A stretch of 64,000 bases of DNA, taken from contig CAXXLZ010000002.1 of assembly GCA_963675595.2 (NCBI GenBank), positions 1 through 64,000 of the forward strand, given 5' to 3'. Positions 48,604-58,774 of this stretch are shown piece by piece. Within the stretch, counting starts at the first letter, position 1. Each line of letters opens with the position of its first letter. The position numbers were made by a program, and so were the translations under genes. The notes beneath the pieces are model-generated. The model searched no databases and was not told the origin of the DNA. It saw nothing but the letters and a program-made list of their open reading frames with translations. Source of the DNA: Thermodesulfobacteriota bacterium (GTDB taxonomy: Bacteria > Desulfobacterota > Desulfarculia > JACQYL01).

Positions 48604-50199
48604 ATGCACCGACTTCGATTCCTGATCACCTCGTTGATAACGCTCTGCCTGTTCATCGGCGCCGTGGCGGGGGCGACGGAGCAACTTCCCACCGTGGCCG
48701 TTCTGGATTTCGAGAGTATCGGATCGGAAGAGTATCTTGGAAAGGCCGTGGCCGAGATCATACGAACCGAACTCGTGGGCACCCGGAACTACCGGGTGGT
48801 GGAGCGCTCTCAGATCAACCGGGCCGTGGAGGAACAGGAACTCCGCATGTCGGGAATGATCGACGACCAAAGCGCCGTGGAAATCGGCAAGTTGCTCGGG
48901 GCCGACCTGATCGTGGTGGGGTCCGTGGTTCGGATCGGGAACGCGTACACGATCAACTCAAGGATGATCGACGTTGAAACGGGAGAGGCGCAACTGGGCC
49001 GTAACGTCACCGGAACCGACCTCAACCTGTTGACGGATATGAGCCGGGAACTCATCACCGTTCTCTTCAGGGGTGGCGAACCCGCCCACGAAACCGAAGA
49101 ACCAAAACTTGTTGCTACCGAAGAAACAAGACCTGTTGATGCCGAAGAGCCCAAAGGCCCCGTCGCTGAGCCCACCACCGTGACCTGGGATTTCGAAACG
49201 GGAGATTTGACCGGATGGGAAGCCGCCGGCGACGCATTTCTCAACCAACCCACCTACGGAGACAATCCCACGGAACGCCGCCGGGGACAGCCTTCGATGC
49301 ATCAGGGAGATTACTGGATCGGCGGATTCGAGTTCCGAAAGCGGCCTTCCGACCCGCCCGGCCGGATTCAGGGGGATGCGCCCCAGGGTACGCTCACCTC
49401 GGCTCCGTTCCTGATCGATCGACCCACCATCACCTTTCTCGTGGGCGGAGGGTGTGACAAGAGCAAGGTGCGGGTTGAGCTGCTGGTCGAGGGTCAAGTG
49501 GTTCGCACCGCCACGGGCAGGTGTCGTGAGAGTATGACTCGTGAGCGCTGGGATGTCGCCCCATTCCAGGGAAAGACCGCCGAGATTCGACTGGTGGACC
49601 AATCCGGCGGAGGCTGGGGCCACCTCAACTTCGACGACCTTCGCTTCGAAGGGGATACAACGCCTCGGAAAGAATACAAGCCCGGAGCGGTTCACGCCAA
49701 GCCGGCTCATCCGCCCCAACAAGAAATCACATGGGACTTTGAAACAGGCGATCTGCGAGGATGGCACGCGTCCGGCCCCGCCTTCGCCTTCCAACCCACC
49801 TACGGTGATAATCCCACGGCCCGACGTCGCGCCCAACCCTCCAAACATCAGGGGGATTACTGGATCGGCGGATTCGAAAAACGTCGAGGACCCGAGGACC
49901 CCGCCGGGGGAATCCAAGGCGACCGTCCTCGTGGGGTTCTGACCTCCGAGCCTTTCACGATCGGGAAGGGTTTCATCACGTTTCTGATCGGGGGCGGCTG
50001 CGACGCCGCCAAGGTTCGAGCGGAACTCGTGATAGGAGGCCGGGTGGTGAGGACCGCCACGGGCGAATGTAACGAAACCATGAAACGCCGAAGGTGGGAT
50101 GTGCGTGAATTCAGAGGGAAATCCGCCGTAATCCGGTTGGTGGACGCCTCCGGAGGCGGTTGGGGACACCTCAACTTCGACGACGTTGGATTTGAGTGA
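48604..50199 (+). CDS. Exported protein: CsgG/FlgO-like domain plus two tandem 155-aa beta-sandwich-like domains
   Basis: Signal peptide; VAVLDF, VVERSQI, IGKLLGAD, IDVETG; repeats at 49186-49650 and 49732-50196. Confidence 0.85.
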   Translation: MHRLRFLITSLITLCLFIGAVAGATEQLPTVAVLDFESIGSEEYLGKAVAEIIRTELVGTRNYRVVERSQINRAVEEQELRMSGMIDDQSAVEIGKLLGADLIVVGSVVRIGNAYTINSRMIDVETGEAQLGRNVTGTDLNLLTDMSRELITVLFRGGEPAHETEEPKLVATEETRPVDAEEPKGPVAEPTTVTWDFETGDLTGWEAAGDAFLNQPTYGDNPTERRRGQPSMHQGDYWIGGFEFRKRPSDPPGRIQGDAPQGTLTSAPFLIDRPTITFLVGGGCDKSKVRVELLVEGQVVRTATGRCRESMTRERWDVAPFQGKTAEIRLVDQSGGGWGHLNFDDLRFEGDTTPRKEYKPGAVHAKPAHPPQQEITWDFETGDLRGWHASGPAFAFQPTYGDNPTARRRAQPSKHQGDYWIGGFEKRRGPEDPAGGIQGDRPRGVLTSEPFTIGKGFITFLIGGGCDAAKVRAELVIGGRVVRTATGECNETMKRRRWDVREFRGKSAVIRLVDASGGGWGHLNFDDVGFE

Positions 50200-50203
50200 G
50201 GAT

Positions 50204-51409
50204 ATGGGTAAGACCCTCTATCTGGATTGCCCCGCCGGCCTGAGCGGGGACATGATTCTGGCCGCTCTGATCGATCTCGGCCTGTCCACCGACGACCTGG
50301 AACGAGAAATCCGCGACGGACTGGGACTGCAGGGATTCGCCGTGCGCACCTTCGAAGCCCGAAAGCAGGGCATGAGGGGATTGCGCCTGGAAGTGGACTG
50401 TGAACACCCGCAACCTGAACGACATTTCAGCGAAATCGCCGGGCTCATCCAGCGGTCGAGCCTGCCGCAACCGGTGAAGGACAACGCCGTGGAGGCGTTT
50501 AAGCGCCTGGCGGAGGCGGAGGGACGAATTCACGGAGTCTCCCCGGACCACGTACACTTTCACGAGGTGGGAGCCGTCGATTCCATCGTGGACACGGTGG
50601 GTGCCATGCTCGCATGCAATCGTCTCGGGATCCAACGTTGTGTCTGCGCGCCCCTCCCTTTGGGACACGGGACCGTCCGCTGCAGGCACGGCATCATTCC
50701 CCTACCCGCTCCGGCCACGGTGGAACTGCTCAAAGGCGTACCGGTATACGGCGTGCCCGTGGAAGGCGAAACGGTGACTCCAACGGGCGCCGCCGTGGTG
50801 ACGACCCTTTGCGGCGAGTTCGGGGGCGTGCCCGATATGACCATCGAATCCGTGGGATACGGACTTGGATCGAAAGACTGGCCCGACCTCCCGAATTTGT
50901 TGCGGGCCTTCATCGGCGTTACTCATGCGGAAGAGGACCGTGTGTTGGCGGTGGAGTCCAACCTGGACGATCTGAGCCCGGAGTTGGGGGGCCATCTGAT
51001 GGATCGGCTCTTCGAGGTAGGCGCTCTGGACGTGCTCTTTCTTCCCGCGCATATGAAAAAAAACCGGCCGGGTTGGCTGGTGCAGGTCCTGGCGCGTGAA
51101 GATCGGTTGGAGACCGTCTCCAGGGTCCTTTTCACGGAATCCACGGCCATCGGAGTGAGGTACCATCCGGTGGGCCGTATTGTGCTTCCTCGAAAAGCGG
51201 AAACCTTGGAAACTCCCTTCGGCCGCGTTCAGGTGAAGAAGGTGGCATTGCCGGGCGGAGAAGTGCGATATTATCCGGAGTTCGAATCCTGCCGCAGTCT
51301 GGCCAAGTCCCGGAACGTCCCTCTCATGAGCGTTTACGAAGCCGTGAAAGTCGCGGCGGAGCACAGGGGGAACTCCGAATCGGACGATGCGAAACCTCCT
51401 CTCGATTGA
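50204..51409 (+). CDS. larC: Nickel-pincer cofactor nickel insertase LarC
   Basis: GLSGDM, HFHEVGAVDSI, PAPAT, TPTGAA, MKKNRPG, PEFE. Confidence 0.95.
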   Translation: MGKTLYLDCPAGLSGDMILAALIDLGLSTDDLEREIRDGLGLQGFAVRTFEARKQGMRGLRLEVDCEHPQPERHFSEIAGLIQRSSLPQPVKDNAVEAFKRLAEAEGRIHGVSPDHVHFHEVGAVDSIVDTVGAMLACNRLGIQRCVCAPLPLGHGTVRCRHGIIPLPAPATVELLKGVPVYGVPVEGETVTPTGAAVVTTLCGEFGGVPDMTIESVGYGLGSKDWPDLPNLLRAFIGVTHAEEDRVLAVESNLDDLSPELGGHLMDRLFEVGALDVLFLPAHMKKNRPGWLVQVLAREDRLETVSRVLFTESTAIGVRYHPVGRIVLPRKAETLETPFGRVQVKKVALPGGEVRYYPEFESCRSLAKSRNVPLMSVYEAVKVAAEHRGNSESDDAKPPLD

Positions 51410-51417
51410 CCGGTAAA

Positions 51418-52695
51418 ATGAACACGGCCGAAAAGAGAACCCAATTCGAAGTCATCACCATTGGGAACGAGATTCTGTCCGGAGCCGTTTCGAATCTCAA
51501 CGCCCGGTATGCCTGCAAGCGTTTGTCCGCGGCGGGCTTCAGGATTCGGGGCATCGTTTCCGTGGGGGACGTTTTTGAAGACATTCGTGACGCCCTGCTC
51601 CGGGCCGTCGACAACTCGCCTTTCGTTCTGGTGACGGGAGGACTCGGACCGACTCCGGACGATATTACCACCCGCAGCGTGGCGGAGATCTTCGGCAGGC
51701 CGCTTCGACTCGACGCGCATCTTCTGGAAAGCATCCGCGAACACCTGGAACGTCGTAATCTCCCCTGGTCCAAGGATTTCGAAAGGCTCGCCTATTTGCC
51801 GGAACGTTCCGGACGCATCGATCCCGCCGGCGACATGTGCGGCTATATGTTGCAGGAACGAGACGCGACCGTCTTCTTCCTTCCCGGTGTGCCCGAGGAA
51901 ATGAATCGGCTGCTGGACGAATTCGTGATTCCCTACGCCCTGCGGAATACCGGGGCCCCCTGTCGATTGGCCGTAAGACTCTACAAGGTTTTCGGAATTC
52001 ACGAACAGGCCGTGGCCGAAGCGATCCGGGACCTTGAGCATTCCTATTCGGACGCGTTCATCGGCTACTACCCCCAATATCCCGAAGTCCACGTCAGCCT
52101 GACCGTATTCGGAGAAACTCGGGAAGAAGTGGATTCCCGTCTGGAAACCCTGGATCGCCTCATCCGAGACCGGCTGGGACATCGCGTTTTCGGAAACGAC
52201 CAACAGACCCTCGAATCCGTGGTGGGGGACCTCCTCCGAAGCCGAAAAGCCTCTCTGGCGGTGGCGGAATCCTGCACCGGCGGACTCATCGGCCATCGCA
52301 TCACCTCCGTCCCGGGCAGTTCGGACTATTTTGAGCGCGGAGTTATCGCCTATTCCAACCGGACCAAAATGGATCTGCTGGGCGTGGACCCCGCCGTGCT
52401 GGAAGCACACGGAGCCGTCAGCGCGGAATGCGCCGAGGCCATGGCCGTGGGCGTCCGGACATCGGCCGGAACCACCTTCGGTCTTTCCTGCACGGGCATC
52501 GCGGGGCCGGGAGGAGGTTCGGAGGAGAAGCCCGTGGGCACGGTGCACATCGGACTGGCCTCCGAAAAAGGCGCGACTTCCAAGAAATATCAATTCTTCG
52601 GAACCAGGGAACAGGTCAAGATCATCACCTCGGAAACCGCCCTGCACTGGATTTGGAGAGCCATGAACCATGATCCGTTCTTTCATCGCCTTTAG
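51418..52695 (+). CDS. cinA: CinA (MoCF-like domain plus PncC NMN deamidase)
   Basis: IGNEILSG, GGLGPTPDDIT, PGVP, AESCTGG, TGIAGPGGG. Confidence 0.95.
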   Translation: MNTAEKRTQFEVITIGNEILSGAVSNLNARYACKRLSAAGFRIRGIVSVGDVFEDIRDALLRAVDNSPFVLVTGGLGPTPDDITTRSVAEIFGRPLRLDAHLLESIREHLERRNLPWSKDFERLAYLPERSGRIDPAGDMCGYMLQERDATVFFLPGVPEEMNRLLDEFVIPYALRNTGAPCRLAVRLYKVFGIHEQAVAEAIRDLEHSYSDAFIGYYPQYPEVHVSLTVFGETREEVDSRLETLDRLIRDRLGHRVFGNDQQTLESVVGDLLRSRKASLAVAESCTGGLIGHRITSVPGSSDYFERGVIAYSNRTKMDLLGVDPAVLEAHGAVSAECAEAMAVGVRTSAGTTFGLSCTGIAGPGGGSEEKPVGTVHIGLASEKGATSKKYQFFGTREQVKIITSETALHWIWRAMNHDPFFHRL

Positions 52696-53230
52696 AATCC
52701 CGCCCGAAGCCAAGGATTGTCTATCCCGAATTCAGAAAAGTCTGAAAACCTCCAAGACCAATCTTCGTTTCACCCGACCGGAAGGGATTCACCTGACGCT
52801 GAAATTTCTCGGTGACATCCCGGAGGACCAGGTGGATCGCGTCCACGCCGCGATGGAGTCCGCCTCCAAAGGGCAAAGCCGGCTTTCGGTACGATTGGGA
52901 TCGTTGGGAGCGTTCCCGACGCCTCGGAAGGCGCGTGTAGCCTGGGTGGGGCTCGAAGGGGACCTCGAATCCCTGGTCGCACTGCAGCGCTCTTTGGACG
53001 CAAACCTCGAACCGTTGGGTTTTCAGAAGGAAAAACGACCCTTCCAGGCCCACCTGACCCTGGGTCGTGCCGGAAGAAACGACAATCCCCCCAATCTTTC
53101 GAAAGTTCTGGAGAACCTCAAGGCGGATTTTCAGGAACCCTTTTCACTGGAAGCTCTCGTTCTGTACAAGAGCGATCTCCGGCCCGGAGGGGCGGTTTAC
53201 GAAGCCCTTCGAGAGATTAAATTACCTTGA
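52670..53230 (+). CDS. thpR: RNA 2',3'-cyclic phosphodiesterase (2H family)
   Basis: Two HLTL motifs; follows cinA. Confidence 0.93.
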   Translation: MIRSFIAFRIPPEAKDCLSRIQKSLKTSKTNLRFTRPEGIHLTLKFLGDIPEDQVDRVHAAMESASKGQSRLSVRLGSLGAFPTPRKARVAWVGLEGDLESLVALQRSLDANLEPLGFQKEKRPFQAHLTLGRAGRNDNPPNLSKVLENLKADFQEPFSLEALVLYKSDLRPGGAVYEALREIKLP

Positions 53231-53370
53231 GCAAGGTACTTTCTCTCGGTCGTCCGAGCTCGAGGATGCGAAAGCAATCTTCATGCTCCGGGTTGGGAAG
53301 GAACGGAAGACCTTTGAAAGAAAATCGGAATCAACCACCAAAGAACTCATTTGGGAAAGGAATATCAATC

Positions 53371-53862
53371 ATGACGTTCGAACAAATGGAACAGGAAGCC
53401 GGAGATCTCATGCTCAAGGGATTCCATTGCGGGCAGGCCGTTCTGTGCGTCGGCCTGAAGAAACTTGGGATTGAAGACAAGAACCTGGTGAAATCCCAGG
53501 CATCCATGGGCGGAGGCATCGCTTCCACGGGAGGTCCTTGCGGCGCGTTCACCGGAGGGGTGGTCTGTATAGGGCGAGTTTTCGGCAGAATCACACCCGA
53601 AGACCCCGACGACCGTCGTATGTGGAAAGCTTCCTATGAATTCTACAAGCGTTTTCAGCAAGAAATCGGCAAGGAAGCCGGCGGCTCGGTGCACTGCGGG
53701 GATCTGGCCCGGGTCGACTGGAAGAACAGAGAACAAGTGGCCGCCCATTACGGCGGTCCCGGCCGAGCCCGTTGCGCCGGATTCACCGGCAAAGCCGCCG
53801 CCATTCTGGGAGAAGTACTGGAAAAGTACGTGACCGAAGAGGATATCAAGAAAGGGATTTAA
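53371..53862 (+). CDS. C-GCAxxG-C-C family redox protein
   Basis: HCGQAV, CGAFTGG, later conserved Cys pair. Confidence 0.88.
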   Translation: MTFEQMEQEAGDLMLKGFHCGQAVLCVGLKKLGIEDKNLVKSQASMGGGIASTGGPCGAFTGGVVCIGRVFGRITPEDPDDRRMWKASYEFYKRFQQEIGKEAGGSVHCGDLARVDWKNREQVAAHYGGPGRARCAGFTGKAAAILGEVLEKYVTEEDIKKGI

Positions 53863-53925
53863 CTTCGGTTGCGAGGACTGCGGCGTACATGGAGTACGCC
53901 GCAGACAGGATTGACCGACTCCCTT

Positions 53926-56034
53926 CTAGAAGCGTTCAAACTCCAACGAAGCGGCCCCCGACTGATCCGAACCGGTATAGGGCGCTTCGATGCATCTCTC
54001 GATATTCTCGTCGCTCCCCTGCTCTTCGAAATTGAGTCTCAAATGATACGGCTTTCCGCTGAGTTCGTCCACGTCGATCCCGTTGTTCACATTGGGGTCC
54101 AGAAAAACGAAATATTCCGATAGATCCGACGTGCCCACCACAATGGCCGAGCCCGAGGAGTAGGTCTGCAGGTAGAAGTTCACGTCCACCTCTCCACAAC
54201 TCGGGCTTTTCCATAGTCCGTGGTTTTCAGGAGACGCCGCGATGGCCACGGTCTTGGTGATGGAGTAGGTTTCCGCCGTGCCGGGTCGAGTAAATTCCAG
54301 CGTGCCCGACTCCTCCGAGTCGAAATTCAGCACGATCCGGTACCCCAGTCCCCCGTATTCATCCGCCTGAATACCGTCTTGGTAGTTGTCGTCGATGAAC
54401 ACATAAAACTCTACGAGGTCGGGTGAGGCCACCACGATCGTCGACCCGTCGATATAGGTCTGGATGAAAAAGTTCATGCTCAGGTCGTCTTTCTTCCATA
54501 TGCCGTCGAAAACGACCTCGTCGCTGAACACTCTCACCTCCACCACGTCGACGGTTGAGTGGCCGAAGTCGTCGGTCACGGTCAGGCGGAAAACGAACAG
54601 AGCCCCCTCTTGTGTGGTTTGGGGAGCTTCAAAGGATGCGTCGGGCGTGTCCGCATTTTGGATGCCCACCACCACGGATCCGGCAATCTGAGCCCACTCG
54701 TAGGTCAACGCGTCACCGTCCGGGTCGGAAACCTCGGCGGATAGGGAGACCGTCTGTCCGGACACTCCCATTCGGTTCGGCCCGACGTCGACCACGGGCG
54801 GTTCATTCACGGGGAAAACGGTCAGGATCATCAGGTCCGTTGCGGATGCCGCGTGCGCATCGGTTACGGTGAGGCGCAGGGTGAATTCGGCCTGTGCGTC
54901 CCCCACTTCCGGGGCGACGAAGGAAGTCTCCGGATTGGTGGGGTCCTGGAAGTCGATGGCCGTGGGACCTGAAACCACGCCCCATCGATAGGTAAGCTCG
55001 TCTCCATCCGGGTCGAAGCCGCTGCCGCTCAATACGACAACGTCCCCTTCGGTGGCGACTTTGTCCGCCCCGGCATCCGCGGTGGGGGCCGAATTCACGA
55101 ACTGCACGCTCACCTGCATCCCGTCGGTACTGGAGACTCCATGCACGTCCGTAACCTTGAACTCGAAAGTGTAGACGGCTCCGCTTTCACCCACCTCCGG
55201 CGCGAGGAAAAAGGCGTGGGATGAGTCGGGGTTGTTCAGACCCAATGTGGTGGGACCCGACTTCTGAGTCCACAGGAACGTGACGGCGTCCCCATCGGGA
55301 TCGTATCCCTCTCCGATGAGTTGAACCGTTTCACCCGGATGAGCCACCAAATCCTGGCCCGCATTGGCCACAGGAGACTGGTTGACCGGTTCCACGCTCA
55401 CCTGAAGTCCGTCAACGGAAATGGCGCCGTTGACGTCGGTCACTCTGAACTCGATGGCGAACACGGCGGCGTTGTCTCCAACGTCGGGCGCCGTGAAGGA
55501 AGCTTCGGGCGAGTCGGCATTTTGGATACTCAGGGTTACCGGACCCGATTTCTGGTTCCAGAGGAAGGTAACAGGATCACCGTCGGGATCGTATCCCGTG
55601 CCGATGAGCTGCACCTCTTCTCCGGGAGACACGGTCTGATCCGGTCCCGCATTGGCATATGGAGGCTGGTTTTCGGGCTCGACACTCACCTGAAGCCCGT
55701 CAATGGCGAACGCCCCGTGCGTGTCCGTCACGCGCAACTCAATGGCGTACACGGCGAATCCCGAACCGCTCGAAGGGGCTTCGAAAGACGCATTGGGAGA
55801 ATTGCTGTTCAATATTTCGAGCGTGACCGGACCCGACTTCTGAGTCCACTTGTAAGTAAGCGTATCGCCGTCCGCATCGCTGCCGATACCCGTCAGCAAA
55901 ACAATGTCGCCCACGGAGACCAACTGGTCGGGTCCCGCGTTCGCCGTGGGTGTCTCATTGGCTCCGCCCTGCACGGCGGTCAGCAAAATCAGACAAAGGA
56001 CGATTCCCGAAACGAGACAACGATGAGCCTTCAT
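53926..56034 (-). CDS. Secreted protein with five PKD-like repeats and a duplicated C-terminal domain
   Basis: GGAGG RBS; signal peptide; repeated PxANAGPDQ...DPDGD...W.Q..GP...F.AP...VTD. Confidence 0.9.
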   Translation of the reverse strand: MKAHRCLVSGIVLCLILLTAVQGGANETPTANAGPDQLVSVGDIVLLTGIGSDADGDTLTYKWTQKSGPVTLEILNSNSPNASFEAPSSGSGFAVYAIELRVTDTHGAFAIDGLQVSVEPENQPPYANAGPDQTVSPGEEVQLIGTGYDPDGDPVTFLWNQKSGPVTLSIQNADSPEASFTAPDVGDNAAVFAIEFRVTDVNGAISVDGLQVSVEPVNQSPVANAGQDLVAHPGETVQLIGEGYDPDGDAVTFLWTQKSGPTTLGLNNPDSSHAFFLAPEVGESGAVYTFEFKVTDVHGVSSTDGMQVSVQFVNSAPTADAGADKVATEGDVVVLSGSGFDPDGDELTYRWGVVSGPTAIDFQDPTNPETSFVAPEVGDAQAEFTLRLTVTDAHAASATDLMILTVFPVNEPPVVDVGPNRMGVSGQTVSLSAEVSDPDGDALTYEWAQIAGSVVVGIQNADTPDASFEAPQTTQEGALFVFRLTVTDDFGHSTVDVVEVRVFSDEVVFDGIWKKDDLSMNFFIQTYIDGSTIVVASPDLVEFYVFIDDNYQDGIQADEYGGLGYRIVLNFDSEESGTLEFTRPGTAETYSITKTVAIAASPENHGLWKSPSCGEVDVNFYLQTYSSGSAIVVGTSDLSEYFVFLDPNVNNGIDVDELSGKPYHLRLNFEEQGSDENIERCIEAPYTGSDQSGAASLEFERF

Positions 56035-56321
56035 GCAGAACCTCCCGTATTGTTGCAAAGGACGTCGCCGAACGAGGCGGCGGTATCGAACAAGCCTTTC
56101 GGGATGACAAATGCCACCCGAACAACGAACAGCTTCGGCCATCTAGATAGAAAAAGCCTCATCTCGTCAAGATAAACCTCCGGCACGTTCGCCAATGCCG
56201 GTTTTGTCAATGACTGTGCGTACTTCGTTGACTTTGCAGGACCTGTCTGCTACGTTCAGGCTCACCGATTTTGTATTCGGAAAATCCGTGAACACTCGCA
56301 CGTTTAAGGGAGAATTACAAT

Positions 56322-56828
56322 ATGGAAACCCAGACCAAGAAAAACCTGAGCCAGGCTTTCGCAGGTGAATCTCAAGCCAATCGTCGTTATCTCGCCTTTG
56401 CCGAGAAAGCACAGGAAGAAGGTCTTCCCGGTGTGGCGCGCCTGTTTCGAGCCGTGGCCCAATCCGAAACCATCCACGCGCTCAACCATCTGAAGGCCGC
56501 CGGAGTGGTGAAGACCACGGCGGAAAACCTCGCCAAGGCCATCGAAGGTGAAAAAAGCGAATACACGGGAATGTACCCCATGTTCATGGACCAGGCCAGG
56601 AGAGACGCCGACAGCGACGCTTTGAACTCCTTTTTCTGGGCCAACGAAGCCGAACAGACGCATGACGACTTCTACGTGAAAGCACTGGAAGCGGCAAAGC
56701 AGGGAAAGGACATCGAACTGGGCGAACTGCACATCTGTAAGGTGTGCGGCTACACCGTGGAAGGCAATCCCCCGGATGTCTGTCCCGTGTGCAAAAAGGG
56801 CAAAGAGGTCTTCATAAAAGCCGATTGA
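56322..56828 (+). CDS. rbr: Rubrerythrin
   Basis: AFAGESQANRRY, ETIHA, EQTH; C-terminal CKVCGY...CPVC. Confidence 0.95.
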   Translation: METQTKKNLSQAFAGESQANRRYLAFAEKAQEEGLPGVARLFRAVAQSETIHALNHLKAAGVVKTTAENLAKAIEGEKSEYTGMYPMFMDQARRDADSDALNSFFWANEAEQTHDDFYVKALEAAKQGKDIELGELHICKVCGYTVEGNPPDVCPVCKKGKEVFIKAD

Positions 56829-56967
56829 CGCATTCGTCCATGGAGGGAACCATGAAGATACCCTTGGTGGTTCCCTCCCGATCGAGAAGGGAATCCCGGG
56901 CCCGTAAGATCCTCGAGACATACGCCCGGTTGCCCGCCGGGTTCCAAATCTTTGGAGGAAAAGACCT

Positions 56968-58026
56968 GTGGAACGCTACATAGAGAAAGAATGGCGGGCA
57001 CTCAAGTCCATCAAAGACCGGAATCGCGTCGGTGTATGGGGTTTCGGCAATGTTTCGAGGGACGTAGTTCTTTACCTGGCCGATTCGGGGCTGGGCAAAG
57101 AGATCGTCTTTTACGGGAGACCCAAAGAGCACTACGGCAATCGAGCGGGGGCGTGGGTCAGCGATCTCCGAGCGAATACGATACACGGCCCCCGGCTGGT
57201 GGGCACAAACCGTGTCAAAGGCATGGCCGACCTCGACGTGATTTTTTTCGGGGTGGGCGTCCCCCGGAGAGAAGGACAAACACGAAGAGACCTGCTCTCG
57301 GTAAATACGGAAGTGATCGCAAAAACCTGCCTCGAGGTTCGCGACCTTTACAAGAACACTCCCCCATCCGACCTGCCCGTTCTGGTATTTCTGGGGAACC
57401 CGGTAACGGCCTTGACCTGGGTGGCCTACAAAGTCACGGGCTTTCCCGCGAATCTCGTCATGGGACAGGCAGGGATATTGGATTCCCGCCGAATCTGTCA
57501 TGCCGTCTCCCTGGAACTCGGTCTTTCCGGAAACGACATGAGGGGCATTGTCTTCGGAGACCATGGAGACTCCATGGTGGTAAGCCCCCGATACTTCACT
57601 GTGGGAGGCATTCCCCTGGACGTCGTCGTCGAGAACCAAAACGTGGATCTTCGCGCCATACTCGAAGTCATTGAAGACGCTAAGAAGGGGGGAACCCATT
57701 TCGTCAACGAAACGGGTCAAAGCGCCTCCGCTGGACCGGCAAAAGCAGTAGGGCAAATGCTCCGATGCGTTGTGTCGGGACAGCCCGAGGTCCTCCCCGT
57801 AGTCGCCGTCATCCGGGAAGAATACGGCCTGCTCCGTCCTGAGGACGGTCTCGACTCCATGAGTTTCGGAGTGCCTGCGAAAATCGGTTCCGGCGGGGTC
57901 GAGCATATTTATGAGCTGCCTGTGGACGACGTAAGGGAAGACATGGAACGGTCCGCTGCGGAGATCAAGCAGGACCTTCACATTGCGGCCGAAACACTCC
58001 AAAAGAAATACGGTATCGAGGTATAG
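56968..58026 (+). CDS. mdh: LDH-like malate dehydrogenase
   Basis: GFGNV, PRREGQTRRDL, GNPV, LDSRR, GDHGD. Confidence 0.85.
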   Translation: MERYIEKEWRALKSIKDRNRVGVWGFGNVSRDVVLYLADSGLGKEIVFYGRPKEHYGNRAGAWVSDLRANTIHGPRLVGTNRVKGMADLDVIFFGVGVPRREGQTRRDLLSVNTEVIAKTCLEVRDLYKNTPPSDLPVLVFLGNPVTALTWVAYKVTGFPANLVMGQAGILDSRRICHAVSLELGLSGNDMRGIVFGDHGDSMVVSPRYFTVGGIPLDVVVENQNVDLRAILEVIEDAKKGGTHFVNETGQSASAGPAKAVGQMLRCVVSGQPEVLPVVAVIREEYGLLRPEDGLDSMSFGVPAKIGSGGVEHIYELPVDDVREDMERSAAEIKQDLHIAAETLQKKYGIEV

Positions 58027-58120
58027 AGAGCATTGAGAGTCGCCGAGTCGTAGAAGCGGGCCGGCGCGCTTTCAACTCGAATCGCCACCACCACCACCCG
58101 ATGCGGGCAAGGAGTGACCG

Positions 58121-58774
58121 ATGGACAAGCCTTTGGAGCATTATTGGAAACTGCGTTTGGCCGAACTGAAGGAAGAACTGGAAGCCAACAACTTCGAAGT
58201 TCACACGGCGGACTCCGTTTCGGACGCCAAACGGATCGTGCTGGAGAACCTGATTCCAAAAATCAATCCGAAGTCCGTCTCCTGGGGCGGATCCATGACC
58301 TTCACGGCCACGGGGCTTTACGATGCGCTCAAGTCCGACGGCAGGTTCGAAGTGTTGGACGTTTTCGACCGCAATCTGACCCCTCAGGAAAACATCGAAT
58401 TGCGAAGGCGCTCTTTGTTGGTGGATCTCTATATCACTGGGACCAATGCGGTTACGGAGACCGGTAAACTGGTGAATCTGGATATGACGGGCAACCGAGT
58501 GGCGGCCATAACCTTTGGGCCCAAAAACGTTATCATACTCGTGGGTCGTAACAAGATCGTCCCCGACGATGAAGAGGCCTCTTACCGAATTAAGGACTAC
58601 GCCGCGCCCGCCAATGCCATGCGACTGGACAAAAAGACACCGTGCGTTAAGACATCCTATTGCGAGGACTGCAAGAGCCCGGACCGCGTGTGCAATACCT
58701 GGACCATTACGGAAAAATCTTTCCCCAAAGGACGGATCAAAATCGTACTCATCAACGACGTCCTCGGCTTATAA
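58121..58774 (+). CDS. LUD-domain (lactate utilization LutC-like) protein
   Basis: GGSMT, TGTNAVT..GKLVNLD..GNRV, VGRNKIV, C-terminal Cys cluster. Confidence 0.9.
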   Translation: MDKPLEHYWKLRLAELKEELEANNFEVHTADSVSDAKRIVLENLIPKINPKSVSWGGSMTFTATGLYDALKSDGRFEVLDVFDRNLTPQENIELRRRSLLVDLYITGTNAVTETGKLVNLDMTGNRVAAITFGPKNVIILVGRNKIVPDDEEASYRIKDYAAPANAMRLDKKTPCVKTSYCEDCKSPDRVCNTWTITEKSFPKGRIKIVLINDVLGL

